The notes: a model not told the origin generated them from the sequence alone. A stretch of 64,000 bases of DNA from Octopus sinensis (GCF_006345805.1 NW_021836153.1:1-64000), one strand, 5' to 3'. Numbered from the stretch's first letter, positions 11,029 through 23,107 are shown. Translations and numbers: made by a program.

Positions 11029-11242
11029 TCTGACTCCTGTTTGTGGTTATTGCAAAAGCAGTTCTTAAAAGGAATTCGTTGTTTCTTTCAGATGAGGGAT
11101 GGAAGGCAAAGTGACTTGGGGTTTTTCCATCTTTCTGAGCGATACTTCATATCCAGCAATCATTTTCAACTGGTTGACAATCATTGTTGGCCATTGGCTC
11201 TATTTAGGAGACACTACGTTGAACTCTTAAGATGGATGGATG

Positions 11243-11380
11243 GGCGCAGGCGTGGCTGTGTGGTAAGAAGTCTGCCTCCCAACAACGTGCTTCCAGGTTC
11301 AGTCCCACTGCGTGGCATCTTGGGCAAGTGCCTTCTACTATGGATTTAGTAGACGGAAACTGAAAGAAGCTCATGTTGTA
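11243..11380 (+). mobile_element. SINE family A head (internal deletion)
   Basis: GCGCAGGCGTGGCTGTGTGGTAAG...GTAGACGGAAACTGAAAGAAGC. Confidence 0.8.
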
Positions 11381-11415
11381 TACGAGCATGTGTGCCTCTG
11401 ATCATGGGTTTCGCA

Positions 11416-11535
11416 CCTATAAAATGTTTAGCAGTATGGGCAACTCGTCAGACTAAAAAAAAAAAAAAAGTCACAAGAGACCCTTTTTTTTTCTATCTGA
11501 CATGTTGCCTATACCGCTGCTAAGCACTTTATAGG
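11416..11535. repeat. Imperfect inverted repeat (~38-40-bp arms) whose arms resemble decayed hammerheads
   Basis: CCTATAAAATGTTTAGCAGTATGGGCAACTCGTCAGA vs TCTGACATGTTGCCTATACCGCTGCTAAGCACTTTATAGG. Confidence 0.7.
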
Positions 11536-12848
11536 TCACTCTATGACCGGCCATAACTTATAACTTTGTGTGTGTGTGTGTGTGTGTGTGCGTGTAGGTA
11601 GGTATAGTAGTAGTACACATTCACATCGGCAGATAACAATGTATACTCAAAGCAAGATCAAAAACAATATAAAAAGAACATTTATCCTCCTCCCCTTCTC
11701 AAATACAACCTTCTTTAAAAATCACACGAACCATCCCAGTTATAAGAAAGAATGCATATGTCAATCATAATAATAATAATAATAATAATATAATAATAAT
11801 AATGACTCCGACACTGAACACAGCATTTATCACACCTAACCACAACAGACTATCTTACATAAACAGCTGCAATGAAATACTTCCTCATTATATCACAAGC
11901 TAACAAGTAAGTCACAAAACATGCTTCACACAACCAAGGTTGTATTCAAATTTCAATGTAGACACGTTGTACACCACAGCACTCGGGCAAACTACAGCGG
12001 ATACACTGGCGTGAAGTTTTCTCATCGGATGACCATGGGGCAGTTGATTCAAAGAAAATGGGGCGATGTGCATAAAAAAAGTACAAAAAAAAATAAAAAG
12101 TTAATTAGGTTAAATTTCATTTTGTGAAATACTGTTGCTTTGAATGTGTTGCAGAATATGGTCGATGTCTGAAACGGTGAGTGGGGGAGGGCACTAGGAA
12201 TGTGGCCTTAGAACCAAGGCCACTAATCTACACCAAGGTGACATTCATTGCACCATATTAAGTCTTTCAGAGGCGAGATAGATAGGCAAAAAAAAAAAAC
12301 TCTAGAAGGGGAAAAATTTGTAATCTTTTTTTTTTTTTTGTCGACTGACCTTTGACACAAAATGGATTCAACTGAAAAAATATTCCGTTTGTGTCGCAGA
12401 AATTGTTGCCAAATGTAAGGGTAGCTTCTGATTGACTGATAGATGAAGTGGTACGTTTTCCGTGCAACCGACCATGCAGCGAAAAGAATTTTGAGTTTCG
12501 GTACGAATTATGTACCACCGCTCATTAAACGGATACAAACAAGTGGTACTTTATTTGTACCACCCAGCTTGAAGAAAGAGTTAAAACAGAACACGAAATA
12601 TATTTAGAAAAAGAAAAAAAAAAAAAAAAAAGAAAGAAAAAATTAGTTGATAATAACTATCCGATATAGTAGCAATCCCTGACCCCCTTTTTTGTCTGCA
12701 CCATGGTCCGATCTCATGCAAGACAATTTTTCCACAGACCAGGATATCACGCGCATAACGAAACACAACTAAGTGCTTAATATTTAACTATTACACACAC
12801 GCACACAAACACACACACACACACACACATACATACACAACACATGTG

Positions 12849-13125
12849 AAGGCGCGTGGCATAGTAGTTAGGCTGTTGCACTCACGATTGCTAGATCGTG
12901 GGTTCGATTCCCTGACCGGGCGGTGCGTTGTGTTCTTGAGCAAAACACTTCATTTCACATTGCTTCACCCTGCCCCATCCCTTTCGGTCAAGGGTGAGAG
13001 CTTGCCTGCTCGCCTACCCAGCGGAGTGGCGTCATTTGATGCTTAAAACAATGCAAAGCGCGTTGTGACCAACGATGATGAGTAACAGCATCCGATAGTC
13101 TAGACGGTCACGTGATCACGTGACA
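12849..13125 (+). mobile_element. tRNA-derived SINE family C
   Basis: A box TGGCATAGTAG, B box GGTTCGATTCC, body GCGTTGTGTTCTTGAGCAAAACACTTCATTTCAC. Confidence 0.8.
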
Positions 13126-13142
13126 TGATATTACATATATAT

Positions 13143-13178
<36 letters not shown>

Positions 13179-13714
13179 ACACATATGATACAAAAACACC
13201 CTGCAGACTGCAAATAAAGCAGAAATGAAACATTTTTGTTCTGTGCGGCCCGAGAGCAAATGATCCACAGCCATTCTGAGATTTTTTTTTTCTATCTTTC
13301 ACTGATTTTAGTCATTGGACTGTGGTCACGCTAGGTCATCGCCTGGCTGAGTTTAGTCGCACAAATCAACCCTTGTACTTGTTCTATCAATCTTTTTTTT
13401 TTTTTTTTTTACTGAAACGTTAAGGGGGTGTAACCAAACCAGCACTGGTTGTTGAGCGGGGATAGGAAACACACACATACATATATACTCTCCCCTCTCT
13501 CTCGGTACACACCCATACCCCCCGCACTCACTCTCTCACTCGATACACACATCCACTCCAAGCCCCCCACACACACACTATCTATACACACACATACACT
13601 TTCCCTCTCTCTCTCTCTCTCAATACACACACACACACACGCTCGCTCTCTCTCTCTACACACACACACACCCTCTCTCTCCCTCTTTCGATACACACAC
13701 ACACGCACGATGGG

Positions 13715-13885
13715 CTACCACATAGGTTTCCACCTACCAAATTCATTCACAAGGCATTGGACATTGGTCAGTTCAGCCCAGGGCAGTAATAGATAACACT
13801 TGCCCAAGGTACCGTGTGGTAAGAGTGAACTCGAAATCATGCGGTTGCAAAGCAAGCTTCCTTCCTAACCACACATACCTGCGAC
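13715..13885 (-). mobile_element. SINE family A head, degenerate
   Basis: CCACCTACCAAATTCATTCACAAGGC...CACTTGCCCAAGG. Confidence 0.65.
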
Positions 13886-14519
13886 TATGGGGAAAAAATT
13901 ATTTATTTTTTCTTTTCCTACCCTACGAGCAATATAGGACAATCCTAAGGTTCCAATACAAGGGTTGTGGTGCAAGTGAAAGACAAGTCCAGTTTTCGAT
14001 GTTGCGCAGGAGCTAATAGTAAATTCTTCATCACAACTGAAACGTATATGACCCAGTTAAAAGGTATTTATTTTTCTGAAATCATGTCTATCAGGGTTAA
14101 TACCACGTTAATTCTTTTCGTTTTAAAGAATTCTAAAATTATTCAACATTTGACGGGGAGTAGGTCACATCTGAGATGACAATCGGGGCCCACCGAACCG
14201 AAATTCCTCCAAATATTTTTCATCCTTTCCTTCCGGTAACCTTGGCAACATTTAGACTTTCAGCTGACGTTTCAATCAAAGTATTACTTACTAAGGATTT
14301 CAGAAAAAGGAACAACTTTTTATACGTAAAAATGCTCCGTTATACAATCAGAGCAAAGAGAGAGCCTCTCTATACATTAATTCGATCAGCTAGAAATAGC
14401 AGCCAAACATCCCGCAAAATCCCAACTTACTGTGTACATATGGAAAGAATACGAGATAGCGTTGGAATGCTTTTGATTATAAGTCTGCGAGATTAATGCC
14501 AACCTGGAGCCAAACAACA

Positions 14520-14880
14520 ATATACTTTTAGATAATTTACATTTGACGGATATTTGTCCTCATCTTTGTTGTTAACACAACGTTTCGGCTGATATACCCT
14601 CCAGCCTTCATCAGGTGTCTTGGGGAAATATGCCCATGGGCATATGGCGTAGTGGTTAAGAGCGCTTGCTACTAAACCCAAGATTCCGAGTTCGATTCTA
14701 AGTCGTGACCTGAATAACAACAACAACAACGAAAAATACCTTAGGAATGAGAACCCAGGTTCGAAATTTCCCCAAGGCACCTGATGAAGGCTGGAGGGTA
14801 ACAAACAAGATGAGGACAAATATCCATCAATTGTAAATAATGTACATAATTCCTCATCTCTTAAATATAAAACTGTAATA
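14520..14880. mobile_element. Head-to-head inverted pair of a tRNA-headed, hammerhead-bearing SINE (family E)
   Basis: Plus copy: A box TGGCGTAGTGG (14645-14655), B box GAGTTCGATTC (14688-14698), body ...TTCCCCAAGGCACCTGATGAAGGCTGGAGGGTA then ACAAACAAGATGAGGACAAATATCC. The minus copy (14630-14520) has the same 3' body with an intact HHR. The junction is the palindrome ATATGCCCATGGGCATAT. Confidence 0.8.
14574..14619 (-). ncRNA. Minimal type-I hammerhead ribozyme in SINE family E
   Basis: GACAC-CTGATGA-A-GGCTG-GAGGGTATAT-CAGCC-GAAA-CG-TT-GTGTT: stem I 5 bp, stem II 5 bp, palindromic ACGT stem III, GUU triplet. Confidence 0.75.
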
Positions 14881-15574
14881 TACTTTTAAGAGATCAGTTC
14901 TGTCAATCCTTGGCCAAGTGACATTAATCTTGAGCCTCTTCACCGCTCTCCTGCAATTGCAATACGCGGCACACTTCTCCCTACTCTGCTACAAGTTCTC
15001 TAACAACTGCGGAGTAGTGGAGGAGAGATGGGGGCAGGTAACGACAAGTGTACCGCGTAAGGAGGAGGGAACCAGAGGCAGAGTTGAGAAAAGTGTGCCA
15101 TGTAGGGTTGTGAAGGGGGAACCAGTAGGAACATGTGTGCGATTCCCTGAAGAAACTAACGACACAGGAGAAACTTATGCAGTACTTTGAAGTGTTGGAT
15201 TCAGCTGTCGTGAGTCCTGAGTTCTCTTTGATACTCACACCAATGCTATATAATCATCGCCTTGGTCGAACTCTACTGTTTGTTGGGCACAGACTCCAGT
15301 TCTGATCACAGCTGGTGTATAATGACTGATAAAGCGTAATCTAGTCGTGGACATCGACTCCAACTCGAGAGCACAGTGTGTCTTTCATTGGAGTTTTAAC
15401 TACGAACACAGACGATATACACCATCAATTGCTGCCGCCGCCGCTGCTGCTGCTGCTGGCGGCGGCGGTGGCAAACATCTTCCTCAATAGTGACGGAAGA
15501 AACTCTCCAACAGTTTATCAAGGAATCAAATCTGTGTTTGAAAGAAAACATTCTTAACCTCCTTTTTAACTACC

Positions 15575-15850
15575 GTATTAGACAGGCGTGTCTCAACATT
15601 TTTATAAATACTATAAACTAATTAAAAAAGCATGAATCATAAGGTTACCATAACTAATTAGGCAGCTGTACTGTCACAATACTGTCAATACTGTTACTAT
15701 AATTAGACAGGTGTGTGACATCACATACTTGCTATACTAATTAGATAGGTGTACTTGTCACCAGATTCTTACTATATGACTAGACACGTGTGTATCATAA
15801 CATTGTTACTTTAACTAATCAGAAAGGTGAATCACAAAAGTTACGATATC
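15575..15850. repeat. Degenerate minisatellite, ~40-bp unit, about 6-7 copies
   Basis: Recurrent ACTAATTAGACAGGTGT...TCAC..TACTGTTACTAT motif. Confidence 0.6.
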
Positions 15851-15884
15851 GTCACTGAGGCTAATTTTATCTTATTACTGAGTG

Positions 15885-16035
15885 GGGTTGATGGCGGAAT
15901 CGTTAGCGCATCGGATAAAGTGCTTTGCGATATTTGTTCCGGTTCTATCTGATTTTAAGCCCAGATCCTGCCGAAATCAATTTTGCTTTTCATCTGTCCA
16001 GTCAAATACTGCTGGGATCGACTTAATCCCATTCC
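15885..16035 (+). mobile_element. SINE family B, degenerate
   Basis: GGCGGAATCGTTAGCGCATCGGATAAAGTGC...TTTTGCTTTTCATC...GGGATCGACTTAATCC. Confidence 0.6.
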
Positions 16036-16062
16036 CCGCCCCCTCTTCACAATTATTATTAT

Positions 16063-16103
<41 letters not shown>

Positions 16104-16112
<9 letters not shown>

Positions 16113-16590
16113 GCCCTGATGCAGTACCAGGCAGTGGCTCTCATGGCTTCTGATCTTAAATGATTGGAAGTGTCATCATGTACATTGTTTTGTCTTGGTA
16201 TAAAAGATGGGCTACAGCTTGACCTTAACCAGTTGAGCATGTCCCTTGGTGGCTGATGATACGTGCCACGAGTAGAAGTAATGGGGAGCATCATAGCCAT
16301 GTGTTGAGAGGAATTCTTTGGTGTTTGGATAATTTACCCTTGGAAACATGGGTGTTTCGTTCATCATCAGAAAATTCAAACTGAGCCCCACCTGCAAGAT
16401 CATGCGCTGTTTATCTTGATATGAGATCACCATGTCGCGCACATATGGTTGTGATGCATGTACCTGGTGTGTACCCTTATCAGGCGGGTACTCATAATGA
16501 GTATGCTGGGCTTCGTATAGTTTACCCCAGCATCACTTTGATAGTATGTGGTCAGGTTCTTTTTTCAGGGGTGTAGCCTCTAATGATTGC
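16104..16590 (-). mobile_element. 3' end of a LINE-type repeat ending in an (ATT)n tail
   Basis: Homologous to 42800-42958 in the opposite orientation (CATCAAAGTGA...GGGTACACCAGG...GGTGATCTCATATCAAGATAAAC). Terminates in (TTA)n at ~16066-16110. Confidence 0.65.
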
Positions 16591-16598
16591 CACCCAAC

Positions 16599-16629
<31 letters not shown>

Positions 16630-16649
<20 letters not shown>

Positions 16650-17305
16650 TTTGTCACAAGGACAGCAATTTTGGCGGAGGGGCTGAGTCGATTACATCGA
16701 CCCCAGTGTTCAACTGGTACTTATTTTATCGACCCTGAAAAGTTGAAAGACAAAGTCGACCCCCATCGGAATAATAATCTCTTCTACAATAGGCACAAGG
16801 CTTGAAATTTTGGAGGAGGGGACAGTCGATTATATCAACCCCAGTGCTCAAATGGTACTTATTTCACCGACCCCGACGGAATAATAATGATAATCCTTTC
16901 TACGATAGGAATAGGGCCTGAAATTTGGGGGAATAGGGATAGTCGATTACATAGACCCTAGTGTTTCACTGGTACTTATTTAATAGACCCCGAAAGGCAA
17001 AGTCGACCTCGGCGGAATTTGAACTCAGACCATAGCGATGGGCGAAATACCGCTAAGCAGGTCTAGTGTGCCAACGATTCTGCCAAATTATAATAATAAT
17101 CCTGCCTATAATAGGCACAAGGCCTGAAATTTGCGGAGACGGGGTAAGCTGATTATATCGACCCTAGGGTTTCACTGGTACTTAATTTAATGACCCCCGA
17201 AAGGATGAAAGGCAAAGTCGACCTCGGCAAAATTAGAACTCAGAACGTGGCAACGGGCGAAATACCGCTAAGCATTTCGCCCCGGCGTGCTAACGATTGT
17301 GCCAA
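16630..17305 (-). mobile_element. Array of four head-to-tail SINE family B copies separated by (AAT)n
   Basis: Repeated AATAGGCACAAGGCCTGAAAT...GTCGATTACATCGACCCCAGTG...GGTACTTATTT...GGCAAAGTCGACCTCGGCGGAATTTGAACTCAG units. Confidence 0.85.
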
Positions 17306-18016
17306 ATAATAATAATAATAAAGAATTAGTAGTGTACCGGAGAAGAACATACATAGAGCCATACCACTTATGTTGACAAACACACACACACAAACACTTT
17401 CATAAACACATACGCATTTTATACACACACATTCATATGTACGCATACATACTTGTGTATGTGTAGTAAAAATCACACACACACCTTATAGCAAATATAC
17501 ATGAATAAACTACATACAACCATGGCTATTACAGACGAACAGACACATACATAGACACGTACAAACTACATATAAATGTATAATAACGACAACACAAGAG
17601 CAAACTTACTAAATAAACATAGTATTAAGTCTGTAATCTCAAACTACAACCAGTTTCACCATTAACATACCTCCCCCTCCTTCTTCTTCAGTCGTCAGCC
17701 TCCGCCACACCGCATTACACCACTTATACAAACAACATACAGTTTTTACACATGTATAAATATTTATACGGTTTAGGGGGAGGGGACAAACTCCACCTAC
17801 TACTGCCACCATACACACACACACACGTATATATATATTCATTCTCCTAAACACTCCCGTGCTATTAACACATGCGTGCATACACACAAACACACAGACG
17901 TACGTACAACACTGTACTCTCATAAATATATCGTAGAATTGCTTATCTTTTATGAAACAAATTTAATTTTTTTTTTTTCGCTGTTCCAACTTGGTTACTC
18001 TGCTGCCTTTACGTCA

Positions 18017-18179
18017 CCGTATTCGAACGTGTATAAGGAACCCTTTTTTTGTCACGAATTAGTTTTTAAAAATACGGGAGTTTCTTATACACGAATAGTA
18101 TTATAATCCCTTACAAAACCCTTTTTCCAAATCTTAAACCTCAAAAATTAGGGGATTACTTATACATGTTAAAATACGG
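18017..18179. mobile_element. pogo/Tigger-like MITE
   Basis: Imperfect TIRs CCGTATTCGAACGTGTATAAG / CTTATACATGTTAAAATACGG followed by TA, with an internal sub-terminal repeat. Confidence 0.55.
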
Positions 18180-19153
18180 TAAGTACTGCTACCATTAATA
18201 CTAACCCTACTACCAACCACCCAATGGACACCTTCTGGTGCCTTCGACTGTTGATTTCTTTTCTATACAGGAGCTGCATGTAGGCCCATCCTTGGATGAT
18301 TTTATAATGGACTATTACATAAGGCGATCCTTCGATATTGGCTTACAGAGTGTTTCAGACAAGCCTCTTTGTCTACGTCACGAGGGAAGGTGGTGGGTGA
18401 ATGGCGTCATGTACAAATAACGAAAGACTGCCTCATTTTTTTCCTAATAGAAGTCGCTGGCCTTTCATTCAACACCTTCACTATTTCTGGGCTGGCTTCA
18501 CACGACTTTTCCCATAGTGCCATGTAACCGATTCAAAGAGGCAGAGATAGATGGGTGGAGAGAGAGTGCAGGAGGGAGACAGAGTAAGAGAAAATTATCG
18601 ATTTCAAAAAGATGGGAGGCAAAAAGGACCTCGATGGGATTTGAATTCAAAAGCATAGAGGGCCGGGACAAATGCCGCATAGAATTCTATCCGACGCTCT
18701 GTCCACTCTGCAAATTCACCAACATTTGTAATCCGGACCTAACTCTTAAAATCGCTCCCGACAATTGAATGTTTTATTGGGGAAGTTTTAAACAGTATGT
18801 TCCATATTTTAGAATTTCCAAAAAGTCGAACACACACACATACACACAGAGCATGTGTTAAAAGAAATGAAAACCAGATCTGAGAACAGAACCGTTATTT
18901 TCCATGAATACTTTAGAAATAAGAGAAGAAAAACATTTGTAAATTCATTGTAATTATAATTTTGTTCTGTTTTTACTCCTTCTTTTGGAATATTTTGCTC
19001 AAAATGCTTAGGCTAGTTAATACAGTTTGGCCGTCCTTCCTGATCAGCATCGCACATCGATTGAGCGAACAAATTAACCACAGGAAGGCGAAACTAATCT
19101 AGACGGCATTTGAACGATCTTCGCCGCAGAAAATATCGTATCGTATTTTATAT

Positions 19154-19415
19154 CTTTTCTACTCTAGGCACAAGGCCCGAAAGTTTGGGGGAGGGGACCA
19201 GTTGATTAGATCGACCCCAGTACGTATCTGGTACTTAATTTATCAACCCCGAAAGGATGAAAGGTCTAGCCACAAGGCCCGAAAGTTTGGGGGAGGGGAC
19301 CAGTCGATTAGATCGACCCCAGTACGTAACTGGTACTTAATTTATCGACTCCGAAAGGATGAAAGGCAAAGTCAACCTCGGCGGAATTTGAACTCAGAAC
19401 GTAAAGACAGACGAA
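19154..19415 (-). mobile_element. SINE family B with an internal ~85-bp tandem duplication
   Basis: CACAAGGCCCGAAAGTTTGGGGGAGGGGACCAGT..GATTAGATCGACCCCAGTACGTA occurs twice. Confidence 0.8.
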
Positions 19416-19532
19416 AACGTATTTTTTATATCTGAAGCTCTAAATGATTCTGCTAATTTCACCGTTCTCTTTAATCGACAAAGACAAAAACCAAAAAAAA
19501 ATCAGTTTGTTACAGAGAGAGTGGTGGGGAAA

Positions 19533-19770
19533 GTGGTCAGGTTCTTTTTTCAGGGGTGTAGCCTCTAATGATTGCTACAGTAGCACCTAACAAAAGGCAG
19601 GATCCAGGAGGAGAGTTTACACTGAGTAATAAATTCCGTCTCCCACTCTAGAAGAAGTACCATCCACCTGAGACATCCACAGTTTCTGTCTACAAAGTCA
19701 TTGGTAATAAACACAGTTCCCCCAAGTGATATTGAACACAAAACCTCGGAATCCATTCTTTTCACATTTG
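19533..19770 (-). mobile_element. Probable LINE fragment contiguous in sequence with the 16104-16590 repeat
   Basis: Shares an exact 43-bp segment with 16548-16590. The minus ORF has only weak resemblance to an RLE-type LINE C-terminus. Confidence 0.35.
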
Positions 19771-20337
19771 CTTTTTGATTTTTTTCTTGTTTTTTTTTTT
19801 TCTTTTTTTTATTTGGGGGTGGGATGCTTTTTGCATAATTAATGAATATGGAGATTAATAGTAGTTTGGTGAGACGAAGCGGAGGTGAGTTTACTTGGAA
19901 ATAAAACTGTGGGTGTCATTCTACAGAGACAGATCACAGTGGAAAGAGAGGAGGAGGAGTGGTGGGTTTGTGTATAGAAAACAAAAATAAATTCAGAAAT
20001 AAACACACACACACACACACACACACACATCAAAACTGAAAACAAAAACAAAACAGGTGAATACTGAGGGGGTGGGGACGGAACTGTCAACTGCAGACAG
20101 GTTTGTGCAATGGGGCAGAAGGGCCGGAAGGTTTGTATAGTGAGGCGGTGCTGTAGATTACTAGAGAAGGGAAGGCGGTGCAGCGGGGACAGTTATGGAG
20201 GTTGTTAGTGGAGACCCAGCTGGTTTGACCCAACGTTGTTAAAATTAAAACAAAAATTGACACAACCGTCATAATCGGATTTGATATTTGACCTCAAGCA
20301 AAGCAGAATTGACCTCTTCACATTAAACACGCCGCAC

Positions 20338-20368
<31 letters not shown>

Positions 20369-21112
20369 TTGCTGGGTCACCCACCTCACCTGAAACCTGT
20401 CGCCTTCATTTCTCTTCCTGTGCGTATGTGTGCGCGCGAGCGAGCGAGCGAGCGATAGAAGTCGTCGTTTAAAGAAAGAAAAGAAAAGAACGGAGTTTGT
20501 GACAAAAGAGAGCAGTTGTGTGACGACGGTGAGGGCGCGAGGGAAGTAATAGGAGAGAAAGGAAGATATGAGAGAGCGAAGAGAGAGAGAGATTTATGTT
20601 AAAGAGCTCAAAAAGGGGAGATAAGGAAAGATATGGGGGGAGAGTGACTAGAGAAAGAGGTTAGTATGCGTGTCTACAGTAAAACAGGTTTTGCTATTTA
20701 CTTAGTCCTCTTCGCTACCACCGCCACCCATGTCCTAGCTATCCTCTGGCGGCTCCCTTTGTATTGTATCCTCTAGCGGCTCCGTTATTATTATCATCAT
20801 TAGTGTTATTAGTATCATAAATAAAAATAAAATAAAATATTTAGAATTTACAAACCATTATTATTGTTGTCATAACATTTTAATGACGTTAGGTCACTGA
20901 ATGCAATGGCAATTTTTGCATTGTATCCCTTACTAAGAATTGAACTCCCCTTTTACAATCACGCACATCCCTGTTGATGTAAGCCTTGTTTGCGATGTTG
21001 TTGTAGATCACTCGGCTGTCTTGTAGATGGTTTTTAAACTACATTCGATAGAGGGACCCCAGCGCGCGAGTTCAAGGTTTTGAGCACCGGAGTTGTAACA
21101 TCGTTGAAGTAA

Positions 21113-22034
21113 CGGTACTTTTTGGTTATCTCACCCCCATTAAAAAATTGCCATTAAGAAATTGGGTTATTTCTCCCCTAAAAAGTTGAGTTAATGTGGA
21201 GACAAGAGATTGAATTAAAAGGGTTGGATCCTTTTGATTCAATACTTCAGTACATTGTTGACGTTTGGCCTCCTCGATAGACATGATATGGCGTGGATTC
21301 GATCCTCGATTGCCAAGATGGCATCTGGTAAATATAACTACTGTCACTCACAGAAAAAACTCTTGTTTTACCGTGGGAAAAGCGTTGCTGAACAGTTAAG
21401 TGAAATTTGGCGATCGAGGATTGAACCCACGTCATGCCTGCATGAAGCCACTACAGATTCAATAAGATGTTTAAATCTTTTCAGTTATCATTCTTATTTT
21501 TTTCCCCCGTTTTCATGTTTACCCTTTTACTTGTTTCAGTCATTTGACTGCGGCCATGCTGAAGCACCGCCTTTAGTCGAGCAAATCGACCCCAGGACTT
21601 ATTCTATCGATATCTTTTACTGAAAACACAACAGCATCGGTTGTCAAGCAATATTGGGAGGGGGGACAAACGCGGATGCACAAACATATACACACACGTA
21701 CATTATATATATATATATATATATATATATACAAACATATATACGACGGGCTTCTTTCAGTTTCCGTCTACCAAATCCACTCGCAAGGCTTTGGTCGGCC
21801 CGAGGCTATAGTAGAAGACCCTTGTCCAAGGTGCCACGCAGTGGGACTGAACCTGGAACCATGTTGTTGGTAAGCAAGCTACTTACCACACAACTTTTCA
21901 TTTTTTGTTTTTATTTTATTAAGAGTTAAACAATTTCTTTAGTTGGGGAGATAACCACAAGTACCGATATTTTTCATAAAACGGGGGAGATAATCCAATT
22001 TTTTAATGGGGGTGAGAAAAACCAAAAAGTACCG
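21113..22034. mobile_element. MITE with ~38-bp TIRs, interrupted by a SINE
   Basis: CGGTACTTTTTTGGTTATCTCACCCCCATTAAAAAATTG / CAATTTTTTAATGGGGGTGAGAAAAACCAAAAAGTACCG, with sub-terminal GGGGAGATAA repeats. Confidence 0.75.
21524..21892 (-). mobile_element. Full-length SINE family A nested in the MITE
   Basis: Both modules and the TA linker are present. Confidence 0.85.
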
Positions 22035-22929
22035 AATTAATTAGCATATCTGGGGTTGCCTACCTATGCATGTAAAAACCAGAACCCCGAAAGATGCATC
22101 AATAGCTCAACCAAAGAGAAGACAGCTATGAAGTGCAAAGAGCAAGGCAAGTTAAGATACCTTGGCCATCCACAGTATTTCTTTGTCTTGTTATCTGGAT
22201 TATATAGCGTTGCTATTATGCAAAAGTGTTGTAAGTCCAAAACGTTGCTTTTCCAGAAAACGAAGAAATAGTTTCACCATTTCATAGTAAAACCGTTGTA
22301 CTACACTTTGGCAATTTTGATATCTTGGCTTCTGAAGCAGCTGGAGATACGATAGTTTGACCAAAAGAGACGTCTCTAACGTGTGAGTGTGTGTGTGAAT
22401 GTCACAATATGTATGTGTGCGTTCATGGGTGTCTCTCAATGTGTATAGGTGTGTACGTGGGTGAATGTTCACCAGTGAATGTCGCAAGTCAGTGACCGCA
22501 CAACACATTTATAATATACCACCACCATAACCTACTACTACTACTACCACCACCACCACTACTATCCCCACCACCATCACCTACTACTACCACCACCACC
22601 ACCATCCCCAAGTAGGTGAGAGGTGGGAGGAATTTGCATTTGTGAGAGTATTTCATATATTAGCTTTACTCCCTGCTGTGTGTGTGACAGCCCTTGACGT
22701 GTGTGTGTAGGAATGTCCACTCCTATTACCAACGAACACACCAACACCCATGAGTCAGTCGGCTTTGTAAAAAAATTGCTAAATGAAAAACTCAGAGTAG
22801 CGGCGGGATGAGGTTTTCACTTTGATACAAGTAAATAAATGAACTCTACATGTAATTAAGTCGCTCGTATGTATGTATGTATGTCTTCTATTGTTGAATT
22901 ATTATAAATCTTCCACTGAAGAGGGACAG

Positions 22930-23107
22930 ACAAAGGGATTAAGTCGATTACATCGACTCCAGTGCGTAACTGGTACTTAATTTATCGACACCGAAAGAAT
23001 GAGAAGCAAAGTCGATCTTGGCGGAATTTGAATTCAGAACGTAACGGCAGACGAAATGCCACCAAGCATCTCGGCCGGCGTGCTAACGTTTCTGCTAGCT
23101 CGCCGCC
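22930..23107 (-). mobile_element. SINE family B monomer
   Basis: GGATTAAGTCGATTACATCGAC...GGCGGAATTTGAATTCAGAACG...GCTAACGTTTCTGCTAGCTCGCCGCC. Confidence 0.8.

Noticed and set aside
14257-14312. CTGA-AATC...GATT-GAAACGTC hammerhead relic (minus strand)
   Set aside because: Three core nucleotides are missing and stem I has at most 2 bp.
18271-18389. Plus-strand exon candidate (ELHVGPSLDDFIMDYYIRRSFDIGLQSVSDKPLCLRHEGR)
   Set aside because: Good acceptor, but no recognisable homology, a mediocre donor and no compatible neighbouring exons. It cannot be supported without RNA data.
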